A DNA stretch of 64,000 bases, from NCBI GenBank assembly GCA_951406725.2, contig OX597832.1, forward strand, positions 61,504,001 through 61,568,000. Direction: 5' to 3'. The notes under the pieces are model-generated. The model made no database searches, was not told the origin of the DNA, and saw only the letters and a list, made by a program, of their open reading frames with translations. Each line of letters starts with the position of its first letter. Within the stretch, counting starts at the first letter, position 1. This DNA comes from Octopus vulgaris. Lineage: Eukaryota. Position numbers and translations under genes: made by a program. Shown piece after piece: positions 29,495 through 43,534 of this stretch.

Positions 29495-30245
29495 TAAACT
29501 CTGGAAGCAAGGTTTCTGATCTTTGTGGTTTTCGTCACTCTTTACAAACGTCTTTAAAAAATTTTTGACGCCGAATCCGAATTTGTTATTTATTTATTCT
29601 AGAAAAATTTTGCAAAAATGTTATAAGTGTTCAAAGTTTAATAATTTTCAGAATTGTCATCATAAAACAGCGCGGACAGCCTATTCCATCATGGGGGGGG
29701 GGGGGGGCATCGGTATATCAAAACATTAAACGAGCTACGCGAGCAAATTAAATATTTAGAAGCTACGAACAAACAAACCAACAGGAGTTGCTAGAAATAT
29801 AGTAAAAAATTGTTTAAAACAGACATTTATTAGTTGAAAAATTCGAGTACGAATGTTTGCAGTACATTATAGCATTTTATAAAATAAATTATCTCTCTCT
29901 TATCTCCTTCTCTTCCCTGTGTGCATGCGCAGCATCTTTGGTTACTATGGAAACAGAGCTCTTCGCAATCAGCTATGCAACATGTGGTGCTTCTTTGCTT
30001 TGGTTACTATGGAAACAGTTCTTGGCCTCGGTGGTGTGTAAAATATTTGCTTCTGGTTGGTTAAAATATCCAATTTTTGCAAATATTAAAGGATAATAAC
30101 TTTTTACTTACGGATTTATAGGGAAAATGAATTTCCTTTACTTAATTAGTATACAAAACTTAATCGATATACCAAATCTGAAAACAATTGTAAGAAAATT
30201 GTAAATAGTGACAAAAGCCACAAAGATCCTAGCTACCTAGAACCG
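29495..30245. mobile_element. Old non-autonomous DNA transposon with long imperfect terminal inverted repeats
   Basis: gatctttgtggttttcgtcactctttacaa (about 29518-29547) versus reverse complement of about 30199-30228 gatctttgtggcttttgtcactatttacaa. Confidence 0.5.
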
Positions 30246-30432
30246 AAAATCTTAAACTTGTCCTCTAGGTGTAAGCAAATGGTTTTGCTGGGATCAGAGT
30301 CTGGCCATGCTACCAAAATATTACCATAGACAAGGTAAATCGTTCCTCTTTTGCCTATTTCAGTCCGCATTCTACACTTTAAGGCTCAATTTTCCTCGTA
30401 TATGATTTTTTACATTTCTTTACCTTAAATGA

Positions 30433-30470
<38 letters not shown>

Positions 30471-31093
30471 CATTTTTTTTTAGCTATTTCTATTTCTCCA
30501 TCTTTTTTTCTATTTGGCCCCACCCCCTATGACTCTGTCTCCCTCTTCCTCGCCATAATTCTCTCTCTTTCTCTCTCTCTTCCTCTCCCTCTTTCAGTCT
30601 TTATACAACAATGTCTTTTCCTTTAATCTATTTCTCCGTCTTTCTTTCTATTTCACCCATCTCTCTCTCTCTCTCTCTCTCTCTGTATCCCCGCTTCTCT
30701 CCTTCTCTCCCTCCCTCTCTCTGTCCTTCTCTCGCTCGCTATCATTCATTGTCGCGCTTAGTCTCTGCGTCACAATCGCATTGATGTTGTTAATAATTTT
30801 TTCTTCTTATATACTAAATAAAATCTAAATTTCTGCATCTCACACAGAAACCTGCGAAGCGTACAGGAGATTACGTGTGTGTGTGTACGTGTATATGTAT
30901 ACGTATATAGTGCATATAAATGTGTGTAGGCGTGCGTGCTTGTATGTGTATATATCTCATTATATATGTACACGATTATATACACAAACACATATGCACA
31001 TATGTATTCGTATATTTATACGTGATTAAAAATATACGTAAAGACTTTTTACGTAAATATATACATTTATACACATGTGTGCATACACACACA

Positions 31094-31140
<47 letters not shown>

Positions 31141-31174
31141 GTAGATACACAAATATTAGGAAATACATAAATAC

Positions 31175-31217
<43 letters not shown>

Positions 31218-31228
31218 TACATATACAT

Positions 31229-31329
<101 letters not shown>

Positions 31330-32044
31330 CATACATACATACATATGTATAGACGTACTTGTATCTATATCTATACATACGGATATTTATGTGTATCGGT
31401 TATAGTTGTATGCTTCTTAATGTTTTAACCTCTTTAGATTGTGTTAAGTACTAGACTAGTAGAAGTAGATTTTTTTTTCACTATATTCGTAGTAGACTCT
31501 ACTTAAGGACAAGCCAGACACTATACCGCATAAATACATAACACGAAGTCATAAAATCATAATAGCGTCCTATAACCAGCGATACGTGCACACAAAGAGA
31601 TCTCTGCGATAAACAGCCAAAAAGAAACAACACAAAATTCTCTTCGTCATTAAGTCATTACTCAGGAAAGAACAGACTAATATTATCCCCCGCCGACATT
31701 GTATTATATTACCTTAAGGTATTTTACAAGTATAAACCTAGACATTATCAATAATGGGTACTTCAATGGACGGACTAGTAGAAGACAAAAATTATCTATG
31801 AAATAAACCAAACAAATTGTCGAGCTAACGAGAGTGCGCTCAGAGTTGTGTGTTTGTGGTTGTTCAGCCAGCTTGAAACAGCAGTTGAATATCTCTCAAA
31901 TCAAGCCTTAACTTTTATCAAAAGGAGGAAGCAAATTTATATATTATGAGGAGAGATTATTCGAGTAAGTAAATAAAGTACTTAATTGTTAATATTTTTA
32001 TCGATTACCAGGAATGTAAGTTGTACGGAATTTAGACTTTTGTT

Positions 32045-32236
32045 ATTTAAACTGGGCATGTCTAGCTTCAATATTCTATCCTTTTTATGTTCAAAGTGAC
32101 CAGATCTGGCCTCTCACATCAACCCTACATCATTTTAAATATTAGCAGTTACGCCATCAAAATATCAAAGCCCCAAGATAATGCAAGATTAACTGAAAAA
32201 AGATGTGGGAATAAATATGAATTACATTTAACAGGA
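32045..32236 (+). repeat. Old DNA-transposon-like repeat, homologous in reverse orientation to 35195-35410
   Basis: ccagatctggcctctcaca...accctaca versus tgtagggtgtgtgtgaaaggctggatctag. Confidence 0.5.
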
Positions 32237-32316
32237 TACGAGTAAAAATGGCGTTTGACTATTTCGTATTCTCTCATCGGACGTTTGTTTTCCCCCGTGT
32301 CCAAAGGCAGGTAACT

Positions 32317-32374
32317 TAAGGTTCTAAGGTTCTAGAACGTAAGGTTCTAAGGTTCTAGAACGTAAGGTTCTAAG
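32317..32374. repeat. 23-bp tandem repeat x2.5 (taaggttctaaggttctagaacg)
   Basis: Direct reading. Confidence 0.9.
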
Positions 32375-32589
32375 AGAAATTTGTATCGTAAATTCAGAAG
32401 TGATCCATTGACTTGCAACGCCATCTGGTGAGCAGGTTGATTCACATCTAACCTGTTTTTCAAATGCTGCAAAAACAAAATTGGATTTAAAAAACTATGT
32501 TGAACACTTTTGTACTTTAATTGGTGTATTGACATGTCTGTTGATGCCACAGCTGCCTGGTAGATAAACAGCTTTTGCATCTATTAAAT

Positions 32590-33094
32590 CTGGGGTGGGG
32601 AAACCCATGCGGGCCCATTTTATTGTACCCGCAGGCTGATATACTCGTATGTACAAAATATAATAAATTTTTCAATTATAAAATTTATACAATATTCGTA
32701 TGTCTATTTGCGACATAGGTCGTGTTTCCACTACGAGTTAAAACGGTCAGACTCGAATAGAAAATCGTCCGGTAATTGCCATTTGAATGGAAATTTTATT
32801 TTCACTATAAAACACATATTGCTAGGTTTGTACCACCCCCTTGAGACGCAACTACACTCTTGCTGAAAAGTATAGAAGACCTCATAAGTAATATGAACGT
32901 CCTAAATTCAGTGGCGACATTAATGAAAAGGTTACGCGTTAATTTAATGTGTTAAACTTATCTTTATTAATGTATATCGAATTATACATAGATATATACA
33001 AGATTTACACAGATAGAGGAGTTAGAACTTGTGATCCGCCCGCGGACATTTTTCTTTGTAAATTTTTGCCCGTCGCAAAGTTTCCCAACCCCTG
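32590..33094. mobile_element. hAT (Charlie-like) MITE, about 505 bp
   Basis: TIRs CTGGGGTGGGGAAAC and reverse-complement CAGGGGTTGGGAAAC; 8-bp TSD tattaaat/tataaaat (1 mismatch). Confidence 0.8.
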
Positions 33095-33365
33095 TATAAA
33101 ATGGTCGGACAAGGTTGACAGACATATCTGTTAACGCCAGTATATCTAAATGCTGACAGGGCTCTTCTGCTGGTTGAATGGCAAGAAAGGTTTGGACGTA
33201 GACTCGTCGTTTGGAGCCTATGTATGTTAGATACAAGAACAATTGTTGCATCGCCTGTCTAATCAAAAATGTATTAGTATAGAAAGCTCTACAGACGCCC
33301 AATGTATCTGAGCTGACAAAGGGACCACTGTGCCTGTCGAATTGTCAATGTGTTCGACGTTGACG

Positions 33366-33558
33366 TAGCACGCCGGGAAAAATGCTTGGCCGCATATCGC
33401 CCGTCTTTACGTTCTGAGTTCTAATTCCGCTGAGGTCAGCTTTGCTTTTTTTTTATCCTTTCGGGTTCAATTGAATAAATACTTGTTGGGTAGTGGGATC
33501 GATGTAACCAACTTGAACCCATCCCCAAACGTGTTGGACTTGTGCCAAAATTTGAAAT
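33366..33558 (+). mobile_element. SINE family A with probable TSD gacgttgac
   Basis: Family head and core; gacgttgac occurs on both flanks. Confidence 0.8.
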
Positions 33559-34409
33559 ATGTTGACGTTGACATGTGCGTTGAAGCCAATGTATCTGGAC
33601 GATGAATGGAATGTTGTGTTAAATGAATGTTTGGGAAGGTGGTGATATAGTGACGTTTATTGATGCCTACATACCTGGGTAGATGAACGAGCTGTTGAAT
33701 GGCCGGAAATATCTTGGTATAGACACACGTGTAGACGCCTGTTCGTTCGCTCGCTTAAACGACATTTGACGTCACTGTGCCACGGTGATAAACGGGATGT
33801 TGTGCTAATTGAATGGTTGGAAAGGTGTTGATGCCGACGTTGCATCTTAGAGGATAAACGATCATTGTGCCAGTGGATTAGACGGAAAAGACGATGGCGT
33901 GGAAAGGTGTTTTGGCAATAGCTTCTCCGTTATTAGCAGTAGCAACAGCAGCATCAGACAAAAAGAAACAAAAAAATTCGAGGATCTACGCATGACTCAG
34001 TACAAACCTATATGAATTTTTGCTAAATTAGTCCCTTCTCAGATTGCTGCTCATAAACTGAATAGCAACCGATAATTGTTGCTAAAAAACGAGATCATGA
34101 AAACGTTTTCGGTGATAGAATATAACATTTTGTATGAGAAGCTTTTTATATTAGTTGCACACGTTTCGGGTTTACAGTTGAGTTATCATGTCACCAAGTC
34201 GCCTATATAGATACTTATAATTGCTTGCATAGATATATTAGTTGATTGACCCGGATTTGACAGACGTCTGGTTTGTTAAAACCGACCTGTTGGGGTTAAA
34301 TTGTGGCTGACAAACGGAAATTATCAACTTTCCTCAGCTAGGCATCTATGGTCCATTCTACCCCACTCTTCAAGCACCCACGAACTCATCAGTGAAGCAT
34401 CCTTGAGTA

Positions 34410-34485
34410 CACGCCACCACTCCATCCAGGCACGTCACCACGCCTTCCAGGCACGCCACCACGCCATCCAGGCACGCCACCACTC
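34410..34485. repeat. GC-rich 21-bp minisatellite x3.6 (cacgccaccacgccatccagg)
   Basis: Direct reading. Confidence 0.9.
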
Positions 34486-34919
34486 AGTGAGCTCCAGAAC
34501 CTCGGGCACCACCGACCCGCCCGTCTCGCTATTTTTCTACGCTCGCTCTGTGGTCCAACCACTTGATTCCTTAGACTAATCACAATGTCCAATCCTTCTT
34601 CCCCCTCCCCAGATATTAATCCCTCTGAAATCTCCTCCCTACTCATCTCTTTCCTGCAGGGAATTGATCTACAGGTGTTTCCTTTAAAGTAAACATTAAT
34701 AGCAACAACAATAATGGTCAATAATGGCCTGCCATACACGTGGTCACTGCTCCTTCCTTGACATACTGCGAATTAAATAAAATATAATAAATCACCATAA
34801 AATTCAAAATCAACTTCAGTCCCTATGGTAACACGATTAGAACATGAAATATTTTCCAAATTCCCAGAAAAGGAAATTTACTTTTCAAATCCTATTGGCG
34901 ATTCATTATTATCCCTCTT

Positions 34920-35137
34920 AATGCGGTGAGCCGGCAGAAGCATTAACAGCCCAGGGAAAACTCTTACCAGCATTTCGTTCATCTTTACGTTCTGCGTTCA
35001 AATCCGACTGAGGTCGACTTTGCTTTCATTTTTTCAGAGGTCGATAAAATAAGTACCAGCTGAGTACTGGGGTCGATGTAATCGACTTCATCCTACCGCC
35101 ACCGAAATCATTGGCGTTGTGCCAAAATTTGAAACCA
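34920..35137 (+). mobile_element. SINE family A
   Basis: Head, core gaggtcgataaaataagtaccag, tail ttgtgccaaaatttgaaacc. Confidence 0.82.
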
Positions 35138-35944
35138 TAATTCTCATCAGTCACATCACTCATTCCATTAATACCGTTTGGAAGTCATAATTCTTTATCA
35201 TTCAGATTATTCGATCAAATGTAATGCTTATGTATTCATATCGTTTTGAATTAATCATACATTATATCCTAGATTTGATATTTCAATGATGTGATGGTTT
35301 ACTTTTTAGAATAACAATGTAGGGTGTGTGTGAAAGGCTGGATCTAGCCAATTTGAACGTAAAACAGTAGAATATTTCGGCCGGAAATAACCTGTTTAAA
35401 TATTAAAGACTTCGATACATATAAATCAAGTTGTGTGTTTGTTTGTTTGTTTGAGTGCGTTTGAGAGTGTGAACATATGACTGCGTGTGTATACAGATGA
35501 GTATGTATGTGTGTGTGCGTGTGAGGATGTGTGAATGTGTAAGTGTTAGAGTTTGTGTGTCTGTCTGTATGTCTGTGTCTGACGGTGAATATGTTAGTAT
35601 GTGTGATAAAATGTGTGTGTATGTGTGTGAATGTTCTTGAATGTGTATAAGAATGCATGAGAGTGTGTGTGAGAAAGTGTGTGTATTGTGCGTGTATGTG
35701 AGTGTGTATATGTCTTTAAGTATGTGTGTAGGAGTATATTTAAATATATGTATGTGTGTGTGAACGAGTGTATTTCTGTGTTTGTGACTATATATGTGCT
35801 GGTGTATGTATGTGCTGGTGTGTGTGTGTGAATATATACATATGTGTATGTGTGAATGTGTGAGTTTGTGTATGCTTCAAGGTTCACCCCTCTAAAGACT
35901 AACCTCTCAATAATTTATTCCATAAACAGAATTCTGCCATAAAA

Positions 35945-36285
35945 TATTGGTTTCTAACCTTAACACAATGCCACTGATTTAAGCAGAGTGCAGTATCGAT
36001 ATAATCAATCATGATACCTACTTGATCGGCCATTTATTTTATCGACCTCTCGCAAGATGAAAGGCAAATAGCGTCTACTAAATTATTGATCTCTAAAGAG
36101 GTACAAAAGGCGCCGAACTGGGGCAATCGTTACCGCCATAGACAAAATGCTTAGCTATATATCTTACAACTATTTACGTTTCAAGTTCAATTTCCGCCGA
36201 GGTCAACTTTGCCTTTCATCCTTTTAGGTCTAGCTCTGAGGTTCATCCATGTAAGTGATTTGTCCCCTCTACTCAAAATTGTTCC
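35945..36285. mobile_element. Two degenerate SINE family A copies in divergent orientation (35945-36068 minus, 36106-36285 plus)
   Basis: tttatcgacctctcgcaagatgaaaggc and ccgccgaggtcaactttgcctttcatcc. Confidence 0.65.
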
Positions 36286-36783
36286 CTTTAAACCCTTGAC
36301 GTCCGGTGTCTGTTAAAAAGAAGGGTGTTGTGATCTCGGCCACTTATACGCCATAGAAAGCAAGTAAATGATATTATGTGCCTGAAGTTTCAGGGGGAAA
36401 AAGTGCAAAGCTATAAGAAGGTTAGGGGCCGCTGCTATGTTATCCAATACTGGTCACTTTACTGACATCTAAAAGAGATGGAAGACAAGTGGATCTATAA
36501 CAGAACTAAATTCAAAATTTTGAGAAACGTAATTAAATAAACGTGCATGTTACCATTGTCTGCTGCTCTAGCGATCCTGACAAGCCCTTTGTGTTAGGAA
36601 TGCACTTAGTCCTTACATAGTTACCACAACGGTAAGAGCCTCACTGTCATGCTCGAAATAGGAGATAAATAGGAGATAAATTTTCCTCAAATTTCACTCT
36701 ACTGTGATATATATATATATATATATATATAATTCCAAGAGAGAGGTTGTGAATCCAACCAACAAAGGGATATCTATCCAATA

Positions 36784-36862
<79 letters not shown>

Positions 36863-37071
36863 TATATGTGTGTGTGTGCATATATGGACAGAGAGACAGA
36901 GATAGATAGTGGGTGAGCGAGAAAGAAAGAGAGACACACAGAGAGATTATATATTATTTATGGGTTGCGAATTGTTGCCTGAGTGATGAAAAAGTGTCAT
37001 CCGCCAGGGGGCATAGTGAATCGCCATCAAATGGTGGCTACACCAACACGCCGTTGCACCACATGCTCCCG

Positions 37072-37142
<71 letters not shown>

Positions 37143-37871
37143 TTATTATTGCTGCTACTGCCACTACTACTATATTGAAGGATCACATGCAAAACGTTTA
37201 CCAATTTTTTGCATCTTTAAGCGTTGAAGTTATACAGCGTTTATTCAATAAACCTGTGCTGTCTTTTATCTGTCTTTTATTGTTCATTGCATTTGCAAAA
37301 TATTCTTTACGCTGATGCAGATCTCTTAAAAATACACTGAGATATGCCAAAAAGAAAATTGCAAAGTCCTTCCCGAGCCTTAGGTTCATAACCTGCATTC
37401 TGTGGCGATCATATTCCTCATCCCGAACCGGTAATGGTTCGCCGAAGGATTACCAATTTTTGCCAGCTGCAGCACTCACTACGCTTATGCAATGTAAAAT
37501 GAAGAACGCAAAGCATCGCCCGGTCTAAGAATCGAAACCAAAATCTTACCTTCCTGAGAGGAACCCCTCCCCACCACAAAACACTGAAACACACGACTAC
37601 GCATACATATGCATACAGATATATATGAATATAAATGCACACACACACATATATATGCATGTATATATATATATGCACATACGTACATACATACATGCAC
37701 AATTACATAAACACACATTTACATAATACACATTTACATACATACATACGTACTTACAGACCTATATACATACATACATACATACATACATACATACATA
37801 CATACATACATACATACATACATGTCCGCACACACAGAAACACATCCGTATATTGTTTTACTGAAGCTGGA

Positions 37872-37912
37872 AATAGTACTCAGAGTTTCATGTAATCGAT
37901 CATCAGGCAGGA
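37872..37912 (-). ncRNA. Degenerate hammerhead-like motif, H2-related
   Basis: CUGAUGA-UCGAUUACAU-GAAA-CUCUGAG-UA; stem III is the near-palindrome ACUC-U-GAGU as at 14851-14870; stems I and II are decayed. Confidence 0.4.
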
Positions 37913-38035
37913 ATGAACTTTGGGATATTTGAAAAAAAACACGATGACAAGTAAAATATTCATACCCGATACATCGATAACAGTTTTAGAAATAATCGAA
38001 TAAACATATAATTTTGATCGTAAAATGATTGATCC

Positions 38036-39128
38036 TACCAAGCTCTCAATTTTGCATCAGTATTGAAAGAAACTCCGCGCATAGCATTTGAAAGAAATCG
38101 AAAGAGGTGGAAATCCGTTGGTGCCAAATCAGGAGAGTACGGCAGGTGCGGGAGCACTTCCCAGCCATGCGTTTGAATGGCTTCCTTGGTTACATTGACG
38201 ATATGAGGGCGGGCGTTGTCGCGCAGCAGAAGAACTCCATGCTCATGATTAGGTCTTTTCTCTTGAATAGCCGTGTTGATTCTTTCCATCTGTTGAACAT
38301 AGAGTTCCGCGTTGACCGTTTGTTTCTAGTCAGGCAATTCGTAATGGATAATCCCTTCCAAGTCCCACCATGTGCACAGCGTCGTTTTACGCGGATGAAG
38401 ATCTTGTTTCACGAGATGTGTCGCTTGTTTACCGGGGCCAAGCCATTCTTACGTTGCTTCATACAGGCACAAGTTTTCGCGCCAGTAACGATTCGATAAA
38501 GAAATCGTGCTTGCGTCCATGAGTTGAGCGGTGACGAGCAAGCAAACCAGTGGAGATTGTGGCTCGTTGATTTTTGCTGTTGTCCCTTAAAAGATGCGGA
38601 ATCTATCCTCCATACTTCTGAACCTTTCCCATCGAGTGAAGATGCTTCTCTATAGCAGTGTAGGAGCATTCCCTTTTCTCTGCCAGTTGCCTTGTCGTTT
38701 GACGAGAATTTTCGTGCAAAAGTTGGTTTAATGGCTCTTCATCGAACTCAGCTGGACGGCCAGAACGAGGTGCGCCTTGGAGGTCAAACTTTCCATTTTT
38801 AAACGTGGCATACCAATCATGAGGGGTTCTTTTAGCTATGGCACCTTCTCCATACACAGCACAAATGTTGCGAGCAGCGTTTGCGGCCAGAGAACCTTGA
38901 TTAAAAGCAAAAAGGAGGTGTCGAAAATGCTCGTTTTTCTTAACTTGACATTCCATTTTAATGATCTGAAAATATACAAAAAATAATTAAAATTAACTAG
39001 AGAATATAATAAAATAGATTCCAAAATGATCTAAAAATAGGATTCTCGAAAAAAAATAGATTCCAAAATTTAAAAACGCAATAAATTCCAAAATTTAAAA
39101 AACATCGGGAACTTAGTTGCCAACCCAA
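38036..39128 (-). mobile_element. Mariner transposon, near full-length frameshifted transposase, 3'-truncated
   Basis: MECQVKKNEHFRHLL...PRSGRP (HTH), RIVTG, LLRDNARPH, PHLPYSPDLAPTDFHLF; TIR TA-TTGGGTTGGCAACTAAGTTCC. Confidence 0.93.
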
Positions 39129-39469
39129 TACATAAGGCTGAGCACGCACCCATCCAGTTACTGACATTCCTAACCAATAATCACGCATGTAGACATATGT
39201 ATGGATTAAAATATGCACGTATGCATGTTTATAGCGCAAATATGGTGACGATATGTGTGATGGGTGAGTCGCTAATCTAGATAAATAATTATCAATATGT
39301 GTAACAATTAGTGACAATAATAGACTCAAAGATGCACGTAAGTGTGTGCATATGTGTGTGCATGTGTGTGTGTGTAGATAACCGAACGGTTATATATATA
39401 TATATATACATATATATGAATATGTAAATATATCCAATGTTATATATATATATATATAGATATATATAA

Positions 39470-40652
39470 CACCGTTGATCTGTTAATTGTTAATCAACGT
39501 TTTCGTTAGCAATTTAACTTTTAAGTTAACTCTGGAAATCGTTATCGGACTAATTCACTTCTGTTACATTTAAGATCCATTAACCCAAGTTGTTGCAACG
39601 ATCTTTAGGCTCAAGGATTTGAAGTCAAAGTGACTGATCTACTGCAGGCCTTTGGCCGACGCACTTTTGGCAAGCATCTACAAAAGGTTTAGGACCTTAC
39701 TGGTGAATGAGGAATGCCATCTGGCTGCTGCTTTCCACCCCAGGTTTCGCCTCATCTAGTTGGATAAGTTTGACAACACAAAGGTCGCCAAGGTGTAGAA
39801 AAGCATGGAGGGTAAGCTCGAGAAGGCCATGAGGCAGCAATCTAACGAAGTGAGCAGCAACGGTGGAGGCAGCAACAACAAATAGGAGGGTGACCTCTTC
39901 AGTGGTGTCACCCAACTAAAAGAGAGCAGCAGAAGCCACAGGTCACTCAAGGACAAGGCCCAGAATTTGGTCAAGACCTGGTTGGAGACCAACTCCAAGG
40001 ACATACTGATAGATGCTGCCATTTTGGGTGAGCAAGTGCTGGTTGACTTGTTCATTAAGTCCAACACACCTATTCCCTGCTGTGCTGCAATGGAGCGTTT
40101 GTTCTCTATAAGCAATGTCATATTTAGGACGAAGATATCATCCCTGTCTGATAAAACCTTTGACGGGCTAATTTGCATGAAGGGCAACATGCATCTCATG
40201 AACGAAATGGAAAACGAGAAGATGAAGAATCAAATTATGTACTTATCATGTTTCTCACTTTTAGTTTCTTTATTTTTTTGCAGCCTCTTTATTAATAAAT
40301 CAGTTCTAGTTTAATATTAATATTGTGTTTCATTTGCGCTTTTTTAAAAACATTTTTCTGGCTCTAATTCTTAAAAAATCTAAAACAGGGCCAAAACTAC
40401 GAAAACAGACTTTTTAGGTTTTTAAAAACTTAAAATTATAAACTCAGTAATTTTAAACTCTAAAGCAAAAAAACAAACAAACAAAAACAAAAAAACTATA
40501 CTTTTTTGGTTAATGGTTTATCGATAACTTCTTTCCATTACATTTTTAAAGAATAAACTGATTAACGGTTATCAGAGTTAACTTTTGCATTAACAAATTA
40601 ACACGTTAACAGGTTAACGAAGTTAACTTTTCCATTAACGGTGCCCACCTTT
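39470..40652 (+). mobile_element. hAT transposon remnant with the transposase C-terminal dimerisation domain
   Basis: HLAAAFHPRFRL and LFIKSNTPIPCCAAMERLFS...SLSDKTF; right end ttaacggtgcccaccttt; left caccgtt; many subterminal ttaac repeats. Confidence 0.85.
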
Positions 40653-40853
40653 AATATATATATATATGTGTATGTGTGTATGTGTGCGTGTGTGAGTGTG
40701 TATGTATGTATGTACGTACATACATGTATGATAGGTACATATATTGACAAATATATGCAAATTGCTTTGTGGATATTTTTGCGACTATACATACACAGAG
40801 GCGCATAAATACATTTATCAAGATATACATATATATTAGACATATAAATGTAT

Positions 40854-40896
<43 letters not shown>

Positions 40897-40927
40897 TACA
40901 CACATATATATACATATATACGTGCAT

Positions 40928-40963
<36 letters not shown>

Positions 40964-41059
40964 TTTGCATATATATGTTTGTATTTATATAAATTAATTT
41001 GTAATATATATGTATATATACGTGCGTAAATACACACATGCATATTATATGTCTAGGAA

Positions 41060-41148
<89 letters not shown>

Positions 41149-41240
41149 ATGTGTATGTAGAAAGAGAGAGAGAAAGCTGAGAAGAAATGCATGTAGGCAT
41201 ATATGTATATATATTTATACACACACACACACACACGCGC

Positions 41241-41278
<38 letters not shown>

Positions 41279-41804
41279 GCAAGCCTGTAATCTGATGAAC
41301 AGCATATAGTTTTCAAAAGTAGATAAATAAATACAAGATGTATAAATGATCTGACAGCCAAACAGACAGACTGAGAAACAGACAGCCAGACAAACAGTCA
41401 GCTCTGACAAACAGACAAACAACCATATAGAAAAGATAGACAAACACACTAATAAACAAATATGTAGATTCATAGATAGGAGACAAACCTATATAAATAG
41501 ATAGCTCGATACATTGTATTTATGCTGATTAGATCGTATTCATATTAATATAGGTAATGTGTATCGAATATTTTATGAAATTCTGTACGGTTCACAGAAC
41601 ATCAATGAAATTTATCAAATTACTTTTTCTTTTCATATAAAATATTTCTAGTAATTGATTTCGTTAATTTTACCATTGATTCTCGCCCAGTTTATCATCA
41701 GATTCTTTATAATAGAGATTCCACCATAAATTGGTAAATACGTGTGAATGCGCGCGCTCATGTGTATATGTATATATATATATGTGTGTGTGTCTATATA
41801 TAAA

Positions 41805-41865
<61 letters not shown>

Positions 41866-41910
41866 GTATATATGTTTGTGTGTGCGTGTGCTTGTGGGGT
41901 GTGGGTGTGG

Positions 41911-41945
<35 letters not shown>

Positions 41946-42091
41946 GATGTATATATATGTGTGTGCGTGTGTGCATGTGTACGCGTGCTAGTGCAGGTGT
42001 ATATATATATATAAATATATATATATGTATGTGTATATGCATATATACACCTATATATGTATATATATAAGAATACATATATATTTGTATG

Positions 42092-42179
<88 letters not shown>

Positions 42180-42899
42180 CTTAAATGCATGTACATTGGT
42201 GAGAATGTAGACACACGTACAAAACGCGTGAGCACACACGCATATATGTATAATATATATATATATATATTCATAAAAATGTTTGTTTGTATGTGTATGT
42301 GTGTGTGTTTTTGTACACGTACCTACACATGCGGTTTTTTTCTTAAGTTTTGTATTAATTTAATAAATCATTATGTCCGTGCGGTGAGGGGAGAGAAGCG
42401 CAATCCCCAATAATTTTTCGATTTCTAACTTACGTACAATATAAATTTTGTTGATTTTTCAAAAAGTATTTTTTCTTGAGTTCCCACAACCACCATCACC
42501 ACCATCCTCTTTATCAAACGTTCCAACACCACAAAATTTAGATGCCCCCCCACCCATCTTCAAAGAACTGTACCTTTGAAATTAAATTCTTTTTATGCGT
42601 TTTTAAAAGCCAAATGTTATTAGCAGCAAAATATAAGATCGAATATCGTCTCCTTATCGAAAACTTGTGGCACAGTTGCGCTTGATCTACATTTCTAAGT
42701 AAATGAAGAACTTAGAACAAACGATGTATGTCAACTAGCTTAATAATATGTAGAACTGGTTGCTAATTCTTGGTTTATTTACTAAATACTTGAGTGCAAT
42801 GTTTGCACTGCTCATAAGTGCGCTCATAACATCTAAACGTAAAAGCAATATATTCAAACCGAACCGACACACACACGCCACATATGTATATGTATGGAT

Positions 42900-42932
<33 letters not shown>

Positions 42933-42937
42933 CATAT

Positions 42938-43289
42938 ATTCTTTTATTCGTTTCAGTCGTTTGGCTGAGGCCATGCTGGAGTACCGCCTTGAGTAGAACA
43001 TTCATTGTAAGCCTAGTACTTAATCTATCGGTCTATTTACGTCCAAGCTACCTGGACGTAAACACACCAGCATCGGTTGTCAAGTGATCTTGGGTGGGAG
43101 TGGTGGGCAAACACAGACTACAAACACCCCCCACACATACATACATATGTATATGGAGGGCTTCTTTCAGCTTCCGTCTACCAAAACCACTCACAAGGCT
43201 TTGTGAGACGTTTGCCCACAGTGCCACGCAGTGGGACTGAACCTGGGACCATGTGGTTGATAAGCAAGCTACTTACCACACAGCTGCTC
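42938..43289 (-). mobile_element. SINE family B
   Basis: ggccatgctggagtaccgcc tail; gggactgaacctgggaccatgtggtt...cttaccacacagc head. Confidence 0.85.
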
Positions 43290-43534
43290 TTGTATGTACG
43301 TATGTATGTATGTATGTATGTATAAAGAGAGAAAGATAGCGAGAGGTGGGATGAGAGATAAAATGCAACTTATAAATAATCGAATCTACTTATTAATACT
43401 AAGTTCATAATTCTTTATTCAATAAATTAAGCATAGTTAATAGGATATTACATATCGAATTTTAATCAGTAATTTTGCTCTTTATTTACATTATTCACGA
43501 TTGCCGGATATTTGTCCTCATCTTGTTTGTTGTT

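Noticed and set aside
34410-34485. Short direct repeats as a CRISPR-like array (also 32317-32374 and 61315-61367)
   Set aside because: No unique spacers, eukaryotic context and no cas genes; simple tandem duplications
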